From: Macrostomum lignano
Taxonomy: Eukaryota
Assembly (NCBI GenBank): GCA_002269645.1
Contig: NIVC01003781.1
Span: 13,075-77,074, forward strand
Reading direction: 5' to 3'
DNA length: 64,000 nucleotides
How positions within the stretch are numbered: position 1 is the first letter of the stretch; the number at the start of each line of letters is the position of its first letter. Under the pieces are notes generated by a model. The model was not told the DNA's origin. It worked only from the letters and a program-made list of their open reading frames with translations, and ran no database searches. Position numbers and translations under genes: made by a program. Of the stretch, positions 45,680 to 58,343 are shown one piece after another.

Positions 45680-46825
45680 AGTCTATTGTGACTGTCTGTG
45701 TCTATTGTGACTGTCCGTGTCTATTGTGACTGTCCGTGTCTATTGTGACTGTCCGTGTCTATTGTGACTGTCCGTATCTATTGTGACTGTCCATGTCTAA
45801 TGTGACTGTCCGTGTCTATTGTGGCTGTCCGTATCTATTGTGACTGTCCATGTCTAATGAGACTGTCCGTGTCTATTGTGACTGTTCGTGTCTATTGTGA
45901 CTGTTCGTGTCTAATGTGACTGTCCGTGTCTATTGTGACTGTCCGTGTCTAATGTGACTGTCCGTGTCTATTGTGACTGTCCGTGTCTATTGTGACTGTC
46001 CGTGTCTATTGTGACTGTCCATGTCTATTGTGACTGTCCGTGTCTATTGTGACTGTCCGTGTCTATTGTGACTGTCCGTATCTATTGTGACTGTCTGTGT
46101 CTATTGTGACTGTCTGTGTCTATTGTGAATGTCCGTGTCTATTGTGACTGTCTGTGTCTATTGTGAATGTCCGTGTCTATTGTGACTGTCCGTGTCTATT
46201 GTGAATGTCCGTGTCTATTGTGACTGTCCGTGTCTATTGTGACTGTCCGTGTCTATTGTGAATGTCCGTGTCTATTGTGACTGTCCGTGTCTATTGTGAA
46301 TGTCCGTGTCTATTGTGACTGTCCGTGTCTATTGTGAATGTCCGTGTCTATTGTGACTGTCCGTGTCTATTGTGACTGTCCGTGTCTATTGTGACTGTCC
46401 GTGTCTATTGTGACTGTCCGTGTCTATTGTGAATGTCCGTGTCTATTGTGACTGTCCGTGTCTATTGTGACTGTCCGTGTCTATTGTGACTGTCCGTGTC
46501 TATTGTGAATGTCCATGTCTATTGTGACTGTCCGTATCTATTGTGACTGTCCGTGTCTATTGTGACTTTCCGTGTCTAAAGGGACTGTCCGTGTCTAAAG
46601 GGACTGTCCGTGTCTATTGTGACTTTCCGTGTCTAAAGGGACTGTCCGTGTCTAAAGGGACTGTCCGTGTCTATTGTGACTGCCTGTGTCTATTGTGACT
46701 GTCCGTGTCTATTGTGACTGTCCGTGTCTATTGTGACTTTCCGTGTCTAAAGGGACTGTCCGTGTCTAAAGGGACTGTCCGTGTCTATTGTGACTGTCCG
46801 TGTCTATTGTGACTGTCCGTGTCTA
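45680..46825. repeat. 19-bp minisatellite (GTGTCTATTGTGACTGTCC)n
   Basis: Direct reading. Confidence 0.97.
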
Positions 46826-47324
46826 TCTTCGGGTTTCTATTCAGGCAGATGCCAAAAAAGATACTGAAGATGACTATAAGCAGCAGCAGGCAGAACTGCA
46901 GCCCGAACGGAGACACGTGAGGGACAAAGAGAGACCCTGAATGCAAAATGGAGAAACTGGCGCTGCTGTGGGTGAGCGGGGGCCCAGCAGTGGAAAACTG
47001 CAAGAGGGAATGAAGAGGCTTGGATGAGTCTGGGGAGATGCCGCTAATGTCCCACAGCCAGCCATCGTTCTGCCCTGTCTCTTCCCGTCCATTTTTTAGC
47101 TCTTCGACTCGAATCCTCAAAGCCTCGGAGACCGCAGGGCTGGTGCTGGGGGCCCGGGGTGGCAGGAATCCCAACCTGCTTTACGGCCCCGCAGTGCCAA
47201 TAAAACTGCCTGCCGGCTCTGAGCCCGCGTTCCCGCTGGCAGCCGCTCGGTTTGTCCCGCTTTTCCGGCTTAGTTTTGTTATAATGGAAGCCGGCTGAGT
47301 CGGGATCTCAATTAGAAACACAGT

Positions 47325-47565
47325 GTTCCTGCCTGCTAATATCTGCTCAGATTGTGTTCCTGTCTGCTAATGTCTGCTCAGATTGTGTTCCTGTCTGCTA
47401 ATGTCTGCTCAGATTGTGTTCCTGTCTGCTAATGTCTGCTCAGATTGTGTTCCTGTCTGCTAATGTCTGCTCAGATTGTGTTTCTGTCTGCTAATGTCTG
47501 CTCAGATTGTGTTCCTGTCTGCTAATGTCTGCTCAGATTGTGTTCCTGCCTGCTAATGTCTGTTC
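47325..47565. repeat. 31-bp minisatellite (GATTGTGTTCCTGTCTGCTAATGTCTGCTCA)n
   Basis: Direct reading. Confidence 0.94.
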
Positions 47566-47719
47566 ATATTATGTTCCCTGTATGCTATGAAGCTACTGCT
47601 AGTAGCTAAGCAGTTATATTTAAAACAAAATTCAATTTTCTGCAGCGTACCGGTTGTGATGCTCAAAGACTCAAAGCTTAGATTTCCAATCCAGACACAA
47701 GTTTGCGCGACACATTTTA

Positions 47720-48792
<1,073 letters not shown>

Positions 48793-49794
48793 TAAACAAA
48801 AAACAACAATTTCTTCCCTATTCGCAATTTTTGCTAATGCAATTCTTTAGCTACTTTAAGTAGGAAGAACGACTTTTGTTGGCGACTTGGCTGAATTGGC
48901 GGGACAAAATCCGCCCAGTTTGCCCGATGCTAAGCCGAACAAAGCCGCAGCAGGCCCAGTTCCAAAGTCTCCGAGCCTAGCGCAGAACAGAGTCTCGGCT
49001 CCATCATCTCCTACTCTCCGCCTCGAACTGGGGGGGGGGAACAGGTGCCGGCCCAGCAAAATCGACCCGGAAAAATTGAAGGGTGGGATTTTGATCCCGC
49101 AGTGCGAACAGCGCCATGCAGGGAGAGGCGGTGCTGGCGGGGCAGATGCGAGTCCGCTGTTCTCCAGTCCGGCCGGAGCTCCGGATCGATGGGCTGAGAG
49201 GCGCCGGCCGCATGTGGAAGCTGCAGCCCGCCCGAGCCTCCGATCCGGCAGAGCGGCGGGCACCCTGGCCGTTTCGATTGCTGCACCTGGGCGGCACAGC
49301 AGCCTGTTTGTAGCAGAAATTCAAGCCGGACAGGCCCGCGGGTCAAACCCGCCGAGGCCTCGAGAAATTTGAGTTGGACTTTTATTGACAGCTCCCCGCC
49401 GCCGAGTGGCAACCCACCGGCCTGCTCAGTCAAGTCTCCCTGACTGCTCCGGAATGAAGCAACCCTAATGGCCCGCTTGATGGCTTTCGGCTCAACTTGC
49501 CAGCCGGCAATTCGGCACTCGAAATCCCGCACCACTTCAAGCTGGAGGGACTCAGTGAGCTCAAATTGCTGTCACGGTCGGCGCCCTAATGGACTCTTTC
49601 ACTGCCCCGAATTCACCAAGCACCGCATTGGAGTTGAGGTCGAACTTTGTAAAAGAATTTTGATCGAATGAAAGAAACCATTTTTATATTTTCTAATAAA
49701 ACGACAAATAATGACTGACAGCAACAATGAAAAATCACGAAACTGTTTACGAGTACAAATCTTAGCGGCTGTGCTTGCTATCTCGCATGTGATA

Positions 49795-49975
49795 ACAGTC
49801 CAGCCCACAGTCCAGCCCATAATCCAGCCCACAGTCCAGCCCACAGTCCAGCCCACAGTCCAGCCCACAGTCCAGCCCACAGTCCAGCCCACAGTCCAGC
49901 CCACAGTCCAGCCCATTCCAGCCCACAGTCCAGCCCACAGTCCAGCCCACAGTCCAGCCCACAGTCCAGTTCAGT
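49795..49975. repeat. 12-bp minisatellite (CCCACAGTCCAG)n just 3' of the LRR gene stop
   Basis: Direct reading. Confidence 0.95.
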
Positions 49976-49991
49976 CCATACAACATCAGCC

Positions 49992-52634
49992 TCACAGAGC
50001 CACCACGCAGCGCCGCTGCAAAGAGCCGCCTGCCCGGCACTTCACCGCAAGGTCGCGTGCCTCGGACAGCGGGTTGGCATAGAAGGAGCCGCCCTCAGCG
50101 AAGTCATCGTTCAGTCCGCAGCTCCGCGGCCGAGCATAACGACGGCCGGCCGCCAGCCGCCTCCGCCTACGACGCCGCTGACTCCGAGGCCGCCCTGGGA
50201 GCGGCCGCTCCAGCTGGTGCCGATGCTGGTGGCAGCGCCGGCAGGCGGCGACGGCTACGGCTCCGGACAGCGTCAGCAGAAGGAGAGCCGCCGCCAAGGC
50301 AGCCGACGCCGCCGGGAGGTGGCGGGTCAGCGCCGCTGAGCAGACCGGCTGCGGCACCTCCGAAGCGGGGCGGCCCCGGAGCTCCGGCGGCCAGGCGCAC
50401 AGCAATCTGCGCGCGGTGCCATTGATTTCAGAGGCGCCGGCGGCAGCAGGCGATGGCACAGCGGCCGCCTCCGCCTCCGCGTACATGCCGACCACTTCAA
50501 CGCGGGTGCTGGAAGCCCAGCGGCGAAGGCCGCCGCCGCCGCAGTCGCAGCGCAGCGGACAGCCAAGAAGGTCCAGACGCCGCAGTAGCGGGAGGGCGGC
50601 CATCGCGCCGGCGTCCACAGTGGCGATGGTACAGCCGCGGCAGGTCAGGAGTTCGAGTCCGGGCGCACCAGAGAAGGCGCCGAGATTGAGCCGTACAATT
50701 GGGTTTCGGTCGAGCACCAGGTGACGCAAGCGGGGCGGCAGCGCTGCCTGCGGGCCCGGCGCCGAGCGGATGTTGCAGGCGGCAAGTTCGAGCTCCTCGA
50801 GGACGACGAAGGCGCTGAAGAAGCTCCAGGCGTTGTTTCGCAGGTAGGGATAGATTTCGTGCCGGTTGAGCCGCAGCACCCGGAGCGTCGGGGCCAGGCG
50901 GTCCAGAATCCCTTTAAACAGGGCGAGGGTTCGCGCCTCCATGGGGTTGTCGCTGAGGTCCAGCAGCGTGAGCCGGGCGGCCCGCTGGAAGGCGGCATTG
51001 TCCACCGTGCTGATGCCATTGGCGGCCGCGTGCAGGCGGACCAGACGGGGCGCCGCGTAGTCGGAGAGAATCTGCAGGCGGTTGCCGGACACGTCGAGCT
51101 CCTCGAGCGCAGCGGCGGCGAGGTCGATGGGGTCGATCTGGGGGAAGCCGTTGTGGCTGAGGTTGAGGTGGCGGAGGCGCGGGCAGGGCGCGGCCAGGCG
51201 CGGCGGCAGGCGGCGGACGCGGTTGCGGCTGAGGTCCAAACGGGTGAGGCGGCCGCACAGGCCTAGCACGGCCGGCAGGTTGTCCACGCGCAGGCGGTTG
51301 CCGGCCAGGCGCAGATCCGACACGGCGGAGGCGTTGGCGTCGGCGGCAGAGAGCCGAAAGTCGGTCAGGAAGTTGTCGGACAGGTCGAGCCGTCGCAGGC
51401 CTGGCGAGAAGTGGCGGCCGGCAGCCAGCAGGTCGGGCAGGTCGACAGCCACGGCCGCAAGAGAGTTGCCGGTCAGTCGCAGGCTGCGAAGGCCGCCGGG
51501 GAGACGAAGGAGATCGGCGCGGGTGAGACGTGTCAGCCGGTTGGCCGAGAGGTCAAGTCGGGTCAGGCGGGGCAGCTCGGCGGCCAAGTCCGGCAGGTGG
51601 TTCAACCGGTTGTCGGACAGGTCGAGCGACTCGAGAGAGCCGGCCAGAGTGGCGAGCGCGCCCGGCTCGATCACGGCCAGGCGGTTGCCGGACAGGTCAA
51701 GGCGCCGCAGGTGGAGGCGGCGATTTTGCCCGGGGCCGGAGAAGTGGAACACAAAAGCGGGCAGACGGGCGAGGCCGAGGCGGCGCAGGCGGAGGCCGTC
51801 CAGGCGGCCCTGGCAGAGGCCGTCGCCGGGACCGCCGGCCAGCGCGGCCAGCAGCGGCTTGAGGCCACCAGCGCCGGTCGGGGCGGTGAAACCCAAGCCT
51901 GGCGTGCCAGAGAGGTCGAGCAGGCGGCCGGGACAGATCGGGAAGCGAAAACCGGGCGGCACGGCGGCCAGCGGGTTATCGGACAGGTCAAGAAGCAGAC
52001 GCTGAGAAGTCGCCAAGGATCCGGCTGGCGAATCCAAGCCGATGTCGTCCATTTCATTGTCTGACCATCGCTGTCGACGAAGGAGCCTCGGCGGCATCGG
52101 CGGGGACTGCAGCGCCTGGATGCGGTTGTTGGCCAGGCGGACCTCCACCAGGCGCGGCAGGCGGTGCAGCCGGGCGGCCGCCAACTGAGTCAGCCGGTTG
52201 CCGGTCAGATCGAGGACCCGAAGATCGGGCGGCAATCGGGCCGTCGGTGGCAGCTGGCCGAGCTGGTTGAAGGCCAAGCGAAGCTCCCGCAGCCGCGGCA
52301 GTCGGGCCAGCAAGCGGCCGTCCAGCCAGTCGATGCGGTTGCCAGCAGCGGAGAGCCGGCGCAGTCCGGGCGCCGCCTCGGCCAGCTCCGGCGGCAGGTC
52401 CGCGAGCCCGTTGAAGTCGAGGTCGAGGCCAACGGTGTCAAGCGGCAGGTCGGTGCGGCGGGTTGGCGCCGCTGTGAGGCCGCGCCGGCTGCAGTCGACG
52501 CTGGCGCCATCGGGCCCCGCCGAAACCGGCTCGCAGCGGCAGCGGTGCGGGCAGCGCATCGCCTCGGGTTTGGCGGGTTTGGCCACCAGCTGCTGCGGCA
52601 GCACCGTCAGCAGCAGGAGCAACAGCAGAGACAT
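49992..52634 (-). CDS. Single-exon LRR transmembrane receptor (SP-LRRNT-many LRRs-LRRCT-TM-short tail, no TIR), about 880 aa
   Basis: ATG at 52634 precedes the signal peptide MSLLLLLLLTVLP; CPHRCRC...VDCSRRGL LRRNT; many LxxLxLxxNxL repeats; CDC...W...CAWPPELRG LRRCT; TM ALAAALLLLTLSGAVAVAAC. Confidence 0.88.
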   Translation of the reverse strand: MSLLLLLLLTVLPQQLVAKPAKPEAMRCPHRCRCEPVSAGPDGASVDCSRRGLTAAPTRRTDLPLDTVGLDLDFNGLADLPPELAEAAPGLRRLSAAGNRIDWLDGRLLARLPRLRELRLAFNQLGQLPPTARLPPDLRVLDLTGNRLTQLAAARLHRLPRLVEVRLANNRIQALQSPPMPPRLLRRQRWSDNEMDDIGLDSPAGSLATSQRLLLDLSDNPLAAVPPGFRFPICPGRLLDLSGTPGLGFTAPTGAGGLKPLLAALAGGPGDGLCQGRLDGLRLRRLGLARLPAFVFHFSGPGQNRRLHLRRLDLSGNRLAVIEPGALATLAGSLESLDLSDNRLNHLPDLAAELPRLTRLDLSANRLTRLTRADLLRLPGGLRSLRLTGNSLAAVAVDLPDLLAAGRHFSPGLRRLDLSDNFLTDFRLSAADANASAVSDLRLAGNRLRVDNLPAVLGLCGRLTRLDLSRNRVRRLPPRLAAPCPRLRHLNLSHNGFPQIDPIDLAAAALEELDVSGNRLQILSDYAAPRLVRLHAAANGISTVDNAAFQRAARLTLLDLSDNPMEARTLALFKGILDRLAPTLRVLRLNRHEIYPYLRNNAWSFFSAFVVLEELELAACNIRSAPGPQAALPPRLRHLVLDRNPIVRLNLGAFSGAPGLELLTCRGCTIATVDAGAMAALPLLRRLDLLGCPLRCDCGGGGLRRWASSTRVEVVGMYAEAEAAAVPSPAAAGASEINGTARRLLCAWPPELRGRPASEVPQPVCSAALTRHLPAASAALAAALLLLTLSGAVAVAACRRCHQHRHQLERPLPGRPRSQRRRRRRRLAAGRRYARPRSCGLNDDFAEGGSFYANPLSEARDLAVKCRAGGSLQRRCVVAL

Positions 52635-53439
52635 GCTGAGGAGCGTCGGTCCGGGAGTTCGCGCAGCCCGCCGTGGCAGGTGAGGGGCGGCAGAAGCGGC
52701 GGCATGGCGGTGGCCTGCTGCTTTATCGACAAGTCCGGCTAAAGCCGCCGCCCCGCCCGCCCCTCCGCCGTGCTCAGCCCGCGTGTTGGCTGAGTGTGAA
52801 ATGCTGTTAATCCCGGCAGCAAAAGGAGATTGCGAGAGGCTGCGAGGAAATTGGCGGGAAGGGCGGTCGGAGACCAGGCAGTCCCAGTGGGCGCGGCCGA
52901 ACTGATTGGGAAGAGAGGCCTGCGGGAGCCGGGCTGAGAGCGGGGACTCAACGAGGGGAATCGAGAAAAGCAGATGCGAAGAGCTGCGCTCCCCATCCGC
53001 AACGCGCCTTCCCCTTCCCGCAATTGGTCCCACAGTTCCCACCGCCGAAGTTGGGCATGACTCAGTGTGGGATTGCATTTTCCCTGCGAGATTCCCCACT
53101 CCACTTGCCTCAGGCGGCAGCTGCTTCCGCCGCTGCTGCTGGGGGGAATTCCCAGCATTGAAGAAGCGAAGAGCAATTGTGTAGAGGAGCAGGTGCGGAA
53201 CGAAGGCAGTTGAGAAACAATGCAAATAAAAAGCTGGGGGTGTGAAGTTTCTCTGCTGTAACAGAAAACCGAACTAACTGCAAAGGAGTGAATGCTCATT
53301 CGCTGGGAGCTCAACACTAAATTGGGGTCTTGGCTGAGAAATGCAAAATTCACTGCAGCAGACATGAAACACCTGACATCGGCTTCCACTTAGACTCTCG
53401 CTAGGAACTCCTGGAAGCTGCAGAGAAGCCAGGTAAGCC

Positions 53440-54185
53440 AGGAGCTCCAGGTGAAGCCCCAGGTGTGCTAGCAAGGAACAGGAGTCCCAGGTGAAGCCCA
53501 GGTGTGCTGACAGGGAACGGAGTTCCAGGTGAAGCCCCAGGTGTGCTAGCAAGGAACAGGAGTCCCAGGTGAAGCCCCAGGTGTGCTAGCAGGGAACGGA
53601 GTTCCAGGTGAAGCCCCAGGTGTGCTAGCAAGGAACAGGAGTCCCAGGTGAAGCCCCAGGTGTGCTAGCAGGGAACGGAGTTCCAGGTGAAGCCCCAGGT
53701 GTGCTAGCAAGGAACAGGAGTCCCAGGTGAAGCCCCAGGTGTGCTAGCAGGGAACGGAGTTCCAGGTGAAGCCCCAGGTGTGCTAGCAAGGAACAGGAGT
53801 TCCAGGTGAAGCCCCAGGTGTGCTGGCAGAGAACAGGAGTTCCAGGTGAAGCCCCAGGTGTGCTGGCAGGGAACAGGAGTTCCAGGTGAAGCCCCAGGTG
53901 TGCTAGCAGGGAACGGAGTTCCAGGTGAAGCCCCAGGTGTGCTAGCAAGGAACAGGAGTCCCAGGTGAAGCCCCAGGTGTGCTAGCAGGGAACGGAGTTC
54001 CAGGTGAAGCCCCAGGTGTGCTAGCAAGGAACAGGAGTTCCAGGTGAAGCCCCAGGTGTGCTGGCAGAGAACAGGAGTTCCAGGTGAAGCCCCAGGTGTG
54101 CTGGCAGGGAACAGGAGTTCCAGGTGAAGCCCCAGGTGTGCTGGCAGAGAACAGGAGTTCCAGGTGAAGCCCCAGGTGTGCTGGC
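53440..54185. repeat. 39/40-bp minisatellite (GGAGTTCCAGGTGAAGCCCCAGGTGTGCTAGCAAGGAACA-type)
   Basis: Direct reading. Confidence 0.96.
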
Positions 54186-54568
54186 ATTATCTACTTTGCA
54201 AATGACAACAGACGCGCAAATCAAGATAATTAGGATTCGAAGAGCAGCACAAGTTGAAGCAAAGCACTTATTTTCTATTTTTTGTTTAAGTAATAAATTG
54301 CATGACAACATACATGTAAAAAAATTGGAGCTAGTCGACACTAAGTGCACTGCAGCAGGCATTTTATTATATTACAAAACCTTCCTATGCTAAATAATAG
54401 GAAATAAAATTAAGCCTTAATTGCTAAGTTCTGTACACGGCTGAATCGCCAGCCCTAACCTACCTACCTAATTCTTCTCAGCAATCCTGAGCTACTGGCA
54501 GCAACTGCCAGCAATATGAGAGCATAAAGGCAGCTCAAGTTGTCCCGGAAGCACGCGGGAGAACAGCC

Positions 54569-55933
54569 CTACTCGTCCTTGTCTTTGCCGAACTCCTCGA
54601 CCTCCTCCTCCTCGCCCTCCACGCTGTCCACGCCGACCTCCTCGTAGTCCTTCTGCATGGAGCTCAGCTCCTCGCGGGCCTCGGCGAACTCGCCCTCCTC
54701 CATGCCCTCGCCGACGTACCAGTGCACGAAGGCGCGCTTCGAGTACAGGAGGTCGAACTTGTAGGCCAGCCGGTCCCAGGCCTCAGCGATGGCGGTGGTG
54801 TTGCTCAGCATGCAGACCGCTCGAGGCACCTTCGCGAGGTCGCCTCCGGGCACCGCGACGGGCGGCTGGTAGTTGAGGCCGACCTTGAAGCCGGTGGGGC
54901 ACCAGTCCACGAACTGGATCTCGCGCTTGTTCTTGATCTTCTGGATGGAGTCGTTGACCTCCTGGGAGGAGACGTCGCCCCGGTACAGCAGGCAGCAGGA
55001 CATGTACTTGCCGTGCCGGGGGTCGCACTTCACCATCTGGTTGCCAGGCTCGAAGCACGCGTACGTGATGTCCCTGACCTTCAGCTGCTCGTGGTTGGCC
55101 TTCTCTGTCGAGACGATGGGAGCGTAGGTTGCCAGGGGGAAGTGGATCTTGGGGTAGGGCACGAGGTTGGTCTGGAACTCGGTGATGTCCACGTTGAGCG
55201 AGCCATCGAACCGCAGGGACACCGTGATGGAGGACACGATCTGCGCGATCAGGCGGTTCAGGTTGGTGTAGGTGGGCCTCTCGACGTCCAGGTTCCTCCT
55301 GCAGATGTCGTAGATGGCCTCGTTGTCCACCATGAAGGCGCAGTCGGTGTGAGGCAGGGTGCCGTGGGTGCACAGGATGGCGTTGAACGGCTCCACCACA
55401 GCCGTGGACACCTGCGGCGCCGGGTAGACGGCGAACTGCAGCTTCGCCCGCTTGCCGTACTCGGACGACAGCCGGTCGCACAGCAGCGAGGTGAAGCCGG
55501 CGCCCGTGCCGCCACCGAAGGAGTGAAAAACCAGGAAGCCCTGCAGGCCTGCGCAGTTCTCCGCCAGCCGGTTGACGACCTCCCGAACGGTGCCAATCAG
55601 CTCCTTGCCGATGGTGTAGTGGCCTCTGGCGTAGTTGTTGGCGGCGTCCTCCTTGCCGGAGATCAGCTGCTCCGGGTGGAACAGCTGGCGATAGGTGCCG
55701 CAGCGAACCTCGTCGACCACGGTGGGCTCCAGGTCCACGAAGATGGTGCGCGGCACGTAGCGGCCGCTGGGGGTCTCGGAGAAGAACGGCCCCTGCGAGT
55801 CGTCGCACTTCTCCCTGCCGGGCGTCATGAGGCCGTCGGGCTGGATGCCGTGCTCCAGGCAGTAGAGCTCCCAGCAGGCGTTGCCGATCTGGATGCCGGC
55901 CTGGCCGACGTGGATTGAGATGCACTCGCGCAT
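54569..55933 (-). CDS. TUBA: Divergent intronless alpha-tubulin (454 aa)
   Basis: [48 protein letters not shown] and [18 protein letters not shown] are alpha-tubulin signatures. Confidence 0.97.
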   Translation of the reverse strand: MRECISIHVGQAGIQIGNACWELYCLEHGIQPDGLMTPGREKCDDSQGPFFSETPSGRYVPRTIFVDLEPTVVDEVRCGTYRQLFHPEQLISGKEDAANNYARGHYTIGKELIGTVREVVNRLAENCAGLQGFLVFHSFGGGTGAGFTSLLCDRLSSEYGKRAKLQFAVYPAPQVSTAVVEPFNAILCTHGTLPHTDCAFMVDNEAIYDICRRNLDVERPTYTNLNRLIAQIVSSITVSLRFDGSLNVDITEFQTNLVPYPKIHFPLATYAPIVSTEKANHEQLKVRDITYACFEPGNQMVKCDPRHGKYMSCCLLYRGDVSSQEVNDSIQKIKNKREIQFVDWCPTGFKVGLNYQPPVAVPGGDLAKVPRAVCMLSNTTAIAEAWDRLAYKFDLLYSKRAFVHWYVGEGMEEGEFAEAREELSSMQKDYEEVGVDSVEGEEEEVEEFGKDKDE

Positions 55934-56249
55934 GGCTGGATGAAGCGGCTTCCTGCGGCGGGTCAGAGGCTGCTGAGATGCTGCTAGCTTTGGGCTGCGA
56001 GCCGGGCTTAGCGCTCTGAGTGTACGGGAGGGCCTCTCGCTGCTGTCTATGGACTTCTCAGGAGAGCTGCACTGAGAGGTCGCTGCCGCAGCCTGAGATA
56101 TGCACTTGAGACTTTGTACATTAATTTAGCCTCAATTAGGGCCACAGACATCGCAATGAAACTGCTGGGGAAGGGAGGTAGGCAAATGAAAAAGTACCCA
56201 CTTATTTCGAAGCCTCAAATTCTTGCCTGGTTGCTTCTAGGAAAAACTA

Positions 56250-56790
56250 TTGGTTTTTGCGAGCTATCTCAGCCAAGGAGCAAGCAAACTCATCCATCCC
56301 ATAGATTTCAATACGACGAAGGAGGTGGTTTGAACCATAGACTATCACGTTTTTTCAACCAAACTCATCCAACGGGCGAGCAATCTCAGCCATAGCTTGT
56401 TTATTAAGCGAAAAATTTAATTGGTTCGTATATAAGAGACTTTATGATAGAGCAGCACATCAGAACACAGGAAATTGACTAACGGAACGCTTTATCCCGA
56501 GAATGCGTGAAGCAGTGCTCAAATTTTGTTCGTCATTCCATGCGTTGATTAGCTTCTCTCTGTCGGAGTTGGATGTTTGTCGCAACTGAGCCATCGGAGG
56601 AGGAGGAAAGAAAGAAGGGAAGAGGAAATGAATGGGCAGACAAGCTATGGCTGAGATTGCTCGCCCGTTTGATGAGTTTGGTTGAAAAAACGTGATAGTC
56701 TATGGTTCAAACCACCTCCTTCGTCGTATTGAAATCTATGGGATGGATGAGTTTGCTTGCACCTTGGCTGAGATAGCTCGCAAAAACCAA
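56250..56790. mobile_element. 541-bp MITE with 151-bp near-perfect TIRs and TA target duplication
   Basis: 56250-56400 and 56640-56790 are reverse complements with about 2 mismatches; TA at 56248-56249 and 56791-56792. Confidence 0.85.
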
Positions 56791-57574
56791 TACTTCACTT
56801 GACTTGAATGGATATAATTTATTGAGTCCAGTCGCATTCAAGTGACACTCGAACTCACGAAAATATTAAGAATTTTTTCAAGGCTCCGGCCTTCCTGGCG
56901 CAATGCCTTCAGCTACATCATTCCACAGCCACATTCCACAGTCAATACAGTACGCAGACACGAACTCGTACACACTAAGAGGGTGTACAGCGGCAAGGAC
57001 TATCTAATCACAAGGCACGTACACCCTGTGCCTTCGTTGGTTGGCCCTCATGGCATGAATTGCATGACAATCCCTCCTGGCCAGTTTGAAGTTCTGTTTA
57101 ACTCAGAAACGCTGAGTTTCAATGGCAAAACCCCAATTTGTAGCCCAAACTTGACAGAAACCACAGAGGCAAGCAGAGAGCTGGTCGCAGTTGAGGTCTC
57201 AGATGCTGTCCATTCCAAATGCCACGAGTGCCACTGCGTGAAAAATACGAAGCCATGGAGAGGACAGCTGCAGCAAGTGAAAATTTCAATCTTACTTTCA
57301 GGAGTGACATTGGATATAGTTTTGCGCTGGAATTTATTTTCTTGCAATTAGGACAATATAAAAAATCATAATTAAAAAATCATAAAGCCCAAAACTGTTA
57401 ATATTTAATGATTGCAAAATCACTTCAATGGAACAGTTAAACATATTCGGTTAAGATATGATAATATGTCCGATTACCATAGACAAATAGTGCAGACCTC
57501 AAAGTGCAAGCCACAACAAGTACAATTACTCATATTAATTCTGTATATGCGTGAAGCAATTAGAATGATAACAA

Positions 57575-57685
57575 GTGCACCCGCACTACTGCAGCAGGGA
57601 GTACAAGTACACCCGCACTACAGCAGCCGGGAGTACAAGTACACCCGCACTACTGCAGCCGGGAGTACAAGTACACCCGCACTAA
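57575..57685. repeat. About 33-bp tandem repeat x3 (GGGAGTACAAGTACACCCGCACTAC...) in the WASHC3 3' flank
   Basis: Direct reading. Confidence 0.85.
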
Positions 57686-57707
57686 AGACACGAACAAAAG
57701 CGCCCAG

Positions 57708-58343
57708 TCAGTCAGAGTCGGTGAAGTCCGAGTTCGAGTCCGATTCGGCAGGCGCAGGCGCAGGCGCCGGTGGCTTTGCTGCGCCATCGCCGGCGCCCGT
57801 GTCCGGCGCGGGAGCGCTGGGGTCCAGGTCGAGCGCGGCGGGGTCCACGCCGCTGGCCTGCATCTTGGCCTTGATGGCGGGGATCGGCACGCCGACTTTC
57901 AGCATTTTGAAGAAGCCGGCGTACAGCGGGTGGTCGGCGACGCGCGTCTTCGGTGGCTGGGGAGCCTCCGGAGCGGCCTCCGCTGCCGCCTCCGCTGCCG
58001 TAGACCCCGAAGCCGCCACAGCTGGCTCAGCAGCTGCGTCTGCTGCTGTTGCAGACGCTGTCGGGGTGGCAGAAGCAGCCGGTTGCTGAGCAGCTTCCTG
58101 CGGCTGCTGCTGCTGCAGATCCGGCGGCAGGGAGGCCAGCTTGCTCTCCAGGATGCTCAGCGTGGCGTCAAGACGCCGCAGTTCAACGCTGGAATCTTCG
58201 AGCTGCTGCTCGCAGGCGGTGCTGAGCCGGTTGAGGTAGGAGACGGTCTCGCTGACGTACTGGGTGATGAAGGCGTGGACCCGCTTCTGCTGCAGCGGGG
58301 CCACCTTCGTGTAGTCGATGCCCACGGCTGTGAGCTCCGTCAT
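57708..58343 (-). CDS. WASHC3: WASH complex subunit 3 (CCDC53), intronless, 211 aa
   Basis: GIDYTKVAPLQQKRVHAFITQYVSETVSYLNRLSTACEQQL and HPLYAGFFKMLKVGVPIPAIKAKM match the two conserved CCDC53 blocks. Confidence 0.92.
   Translation of the reverse strand: MTELTAVGIDYTKVAPLQQKRVHAFITQYVSETVSYLNRLSTACEQQLEDSSVELRRLDATLSILESKLASLPPDLQQQQPQEAAQQPAASATPTASATAADAAAEPAVAASGSTAAEAAAEAAPEAPQPPKTRVADHPLYAGFFKMLKVGVPIPAIKAKMQASGVDPAALDLDPSAPAPDTGAGDGAAKPPAPAPAPAESDSNSDFTDSD

Noticed and set aside
52635-53225. N-terminal 197-aa extension of the LRR ORF
   Set aside because: Precedes a clear signal peptide at ATG 52634 and lacks domain-like sequence; probably 5' UTR.
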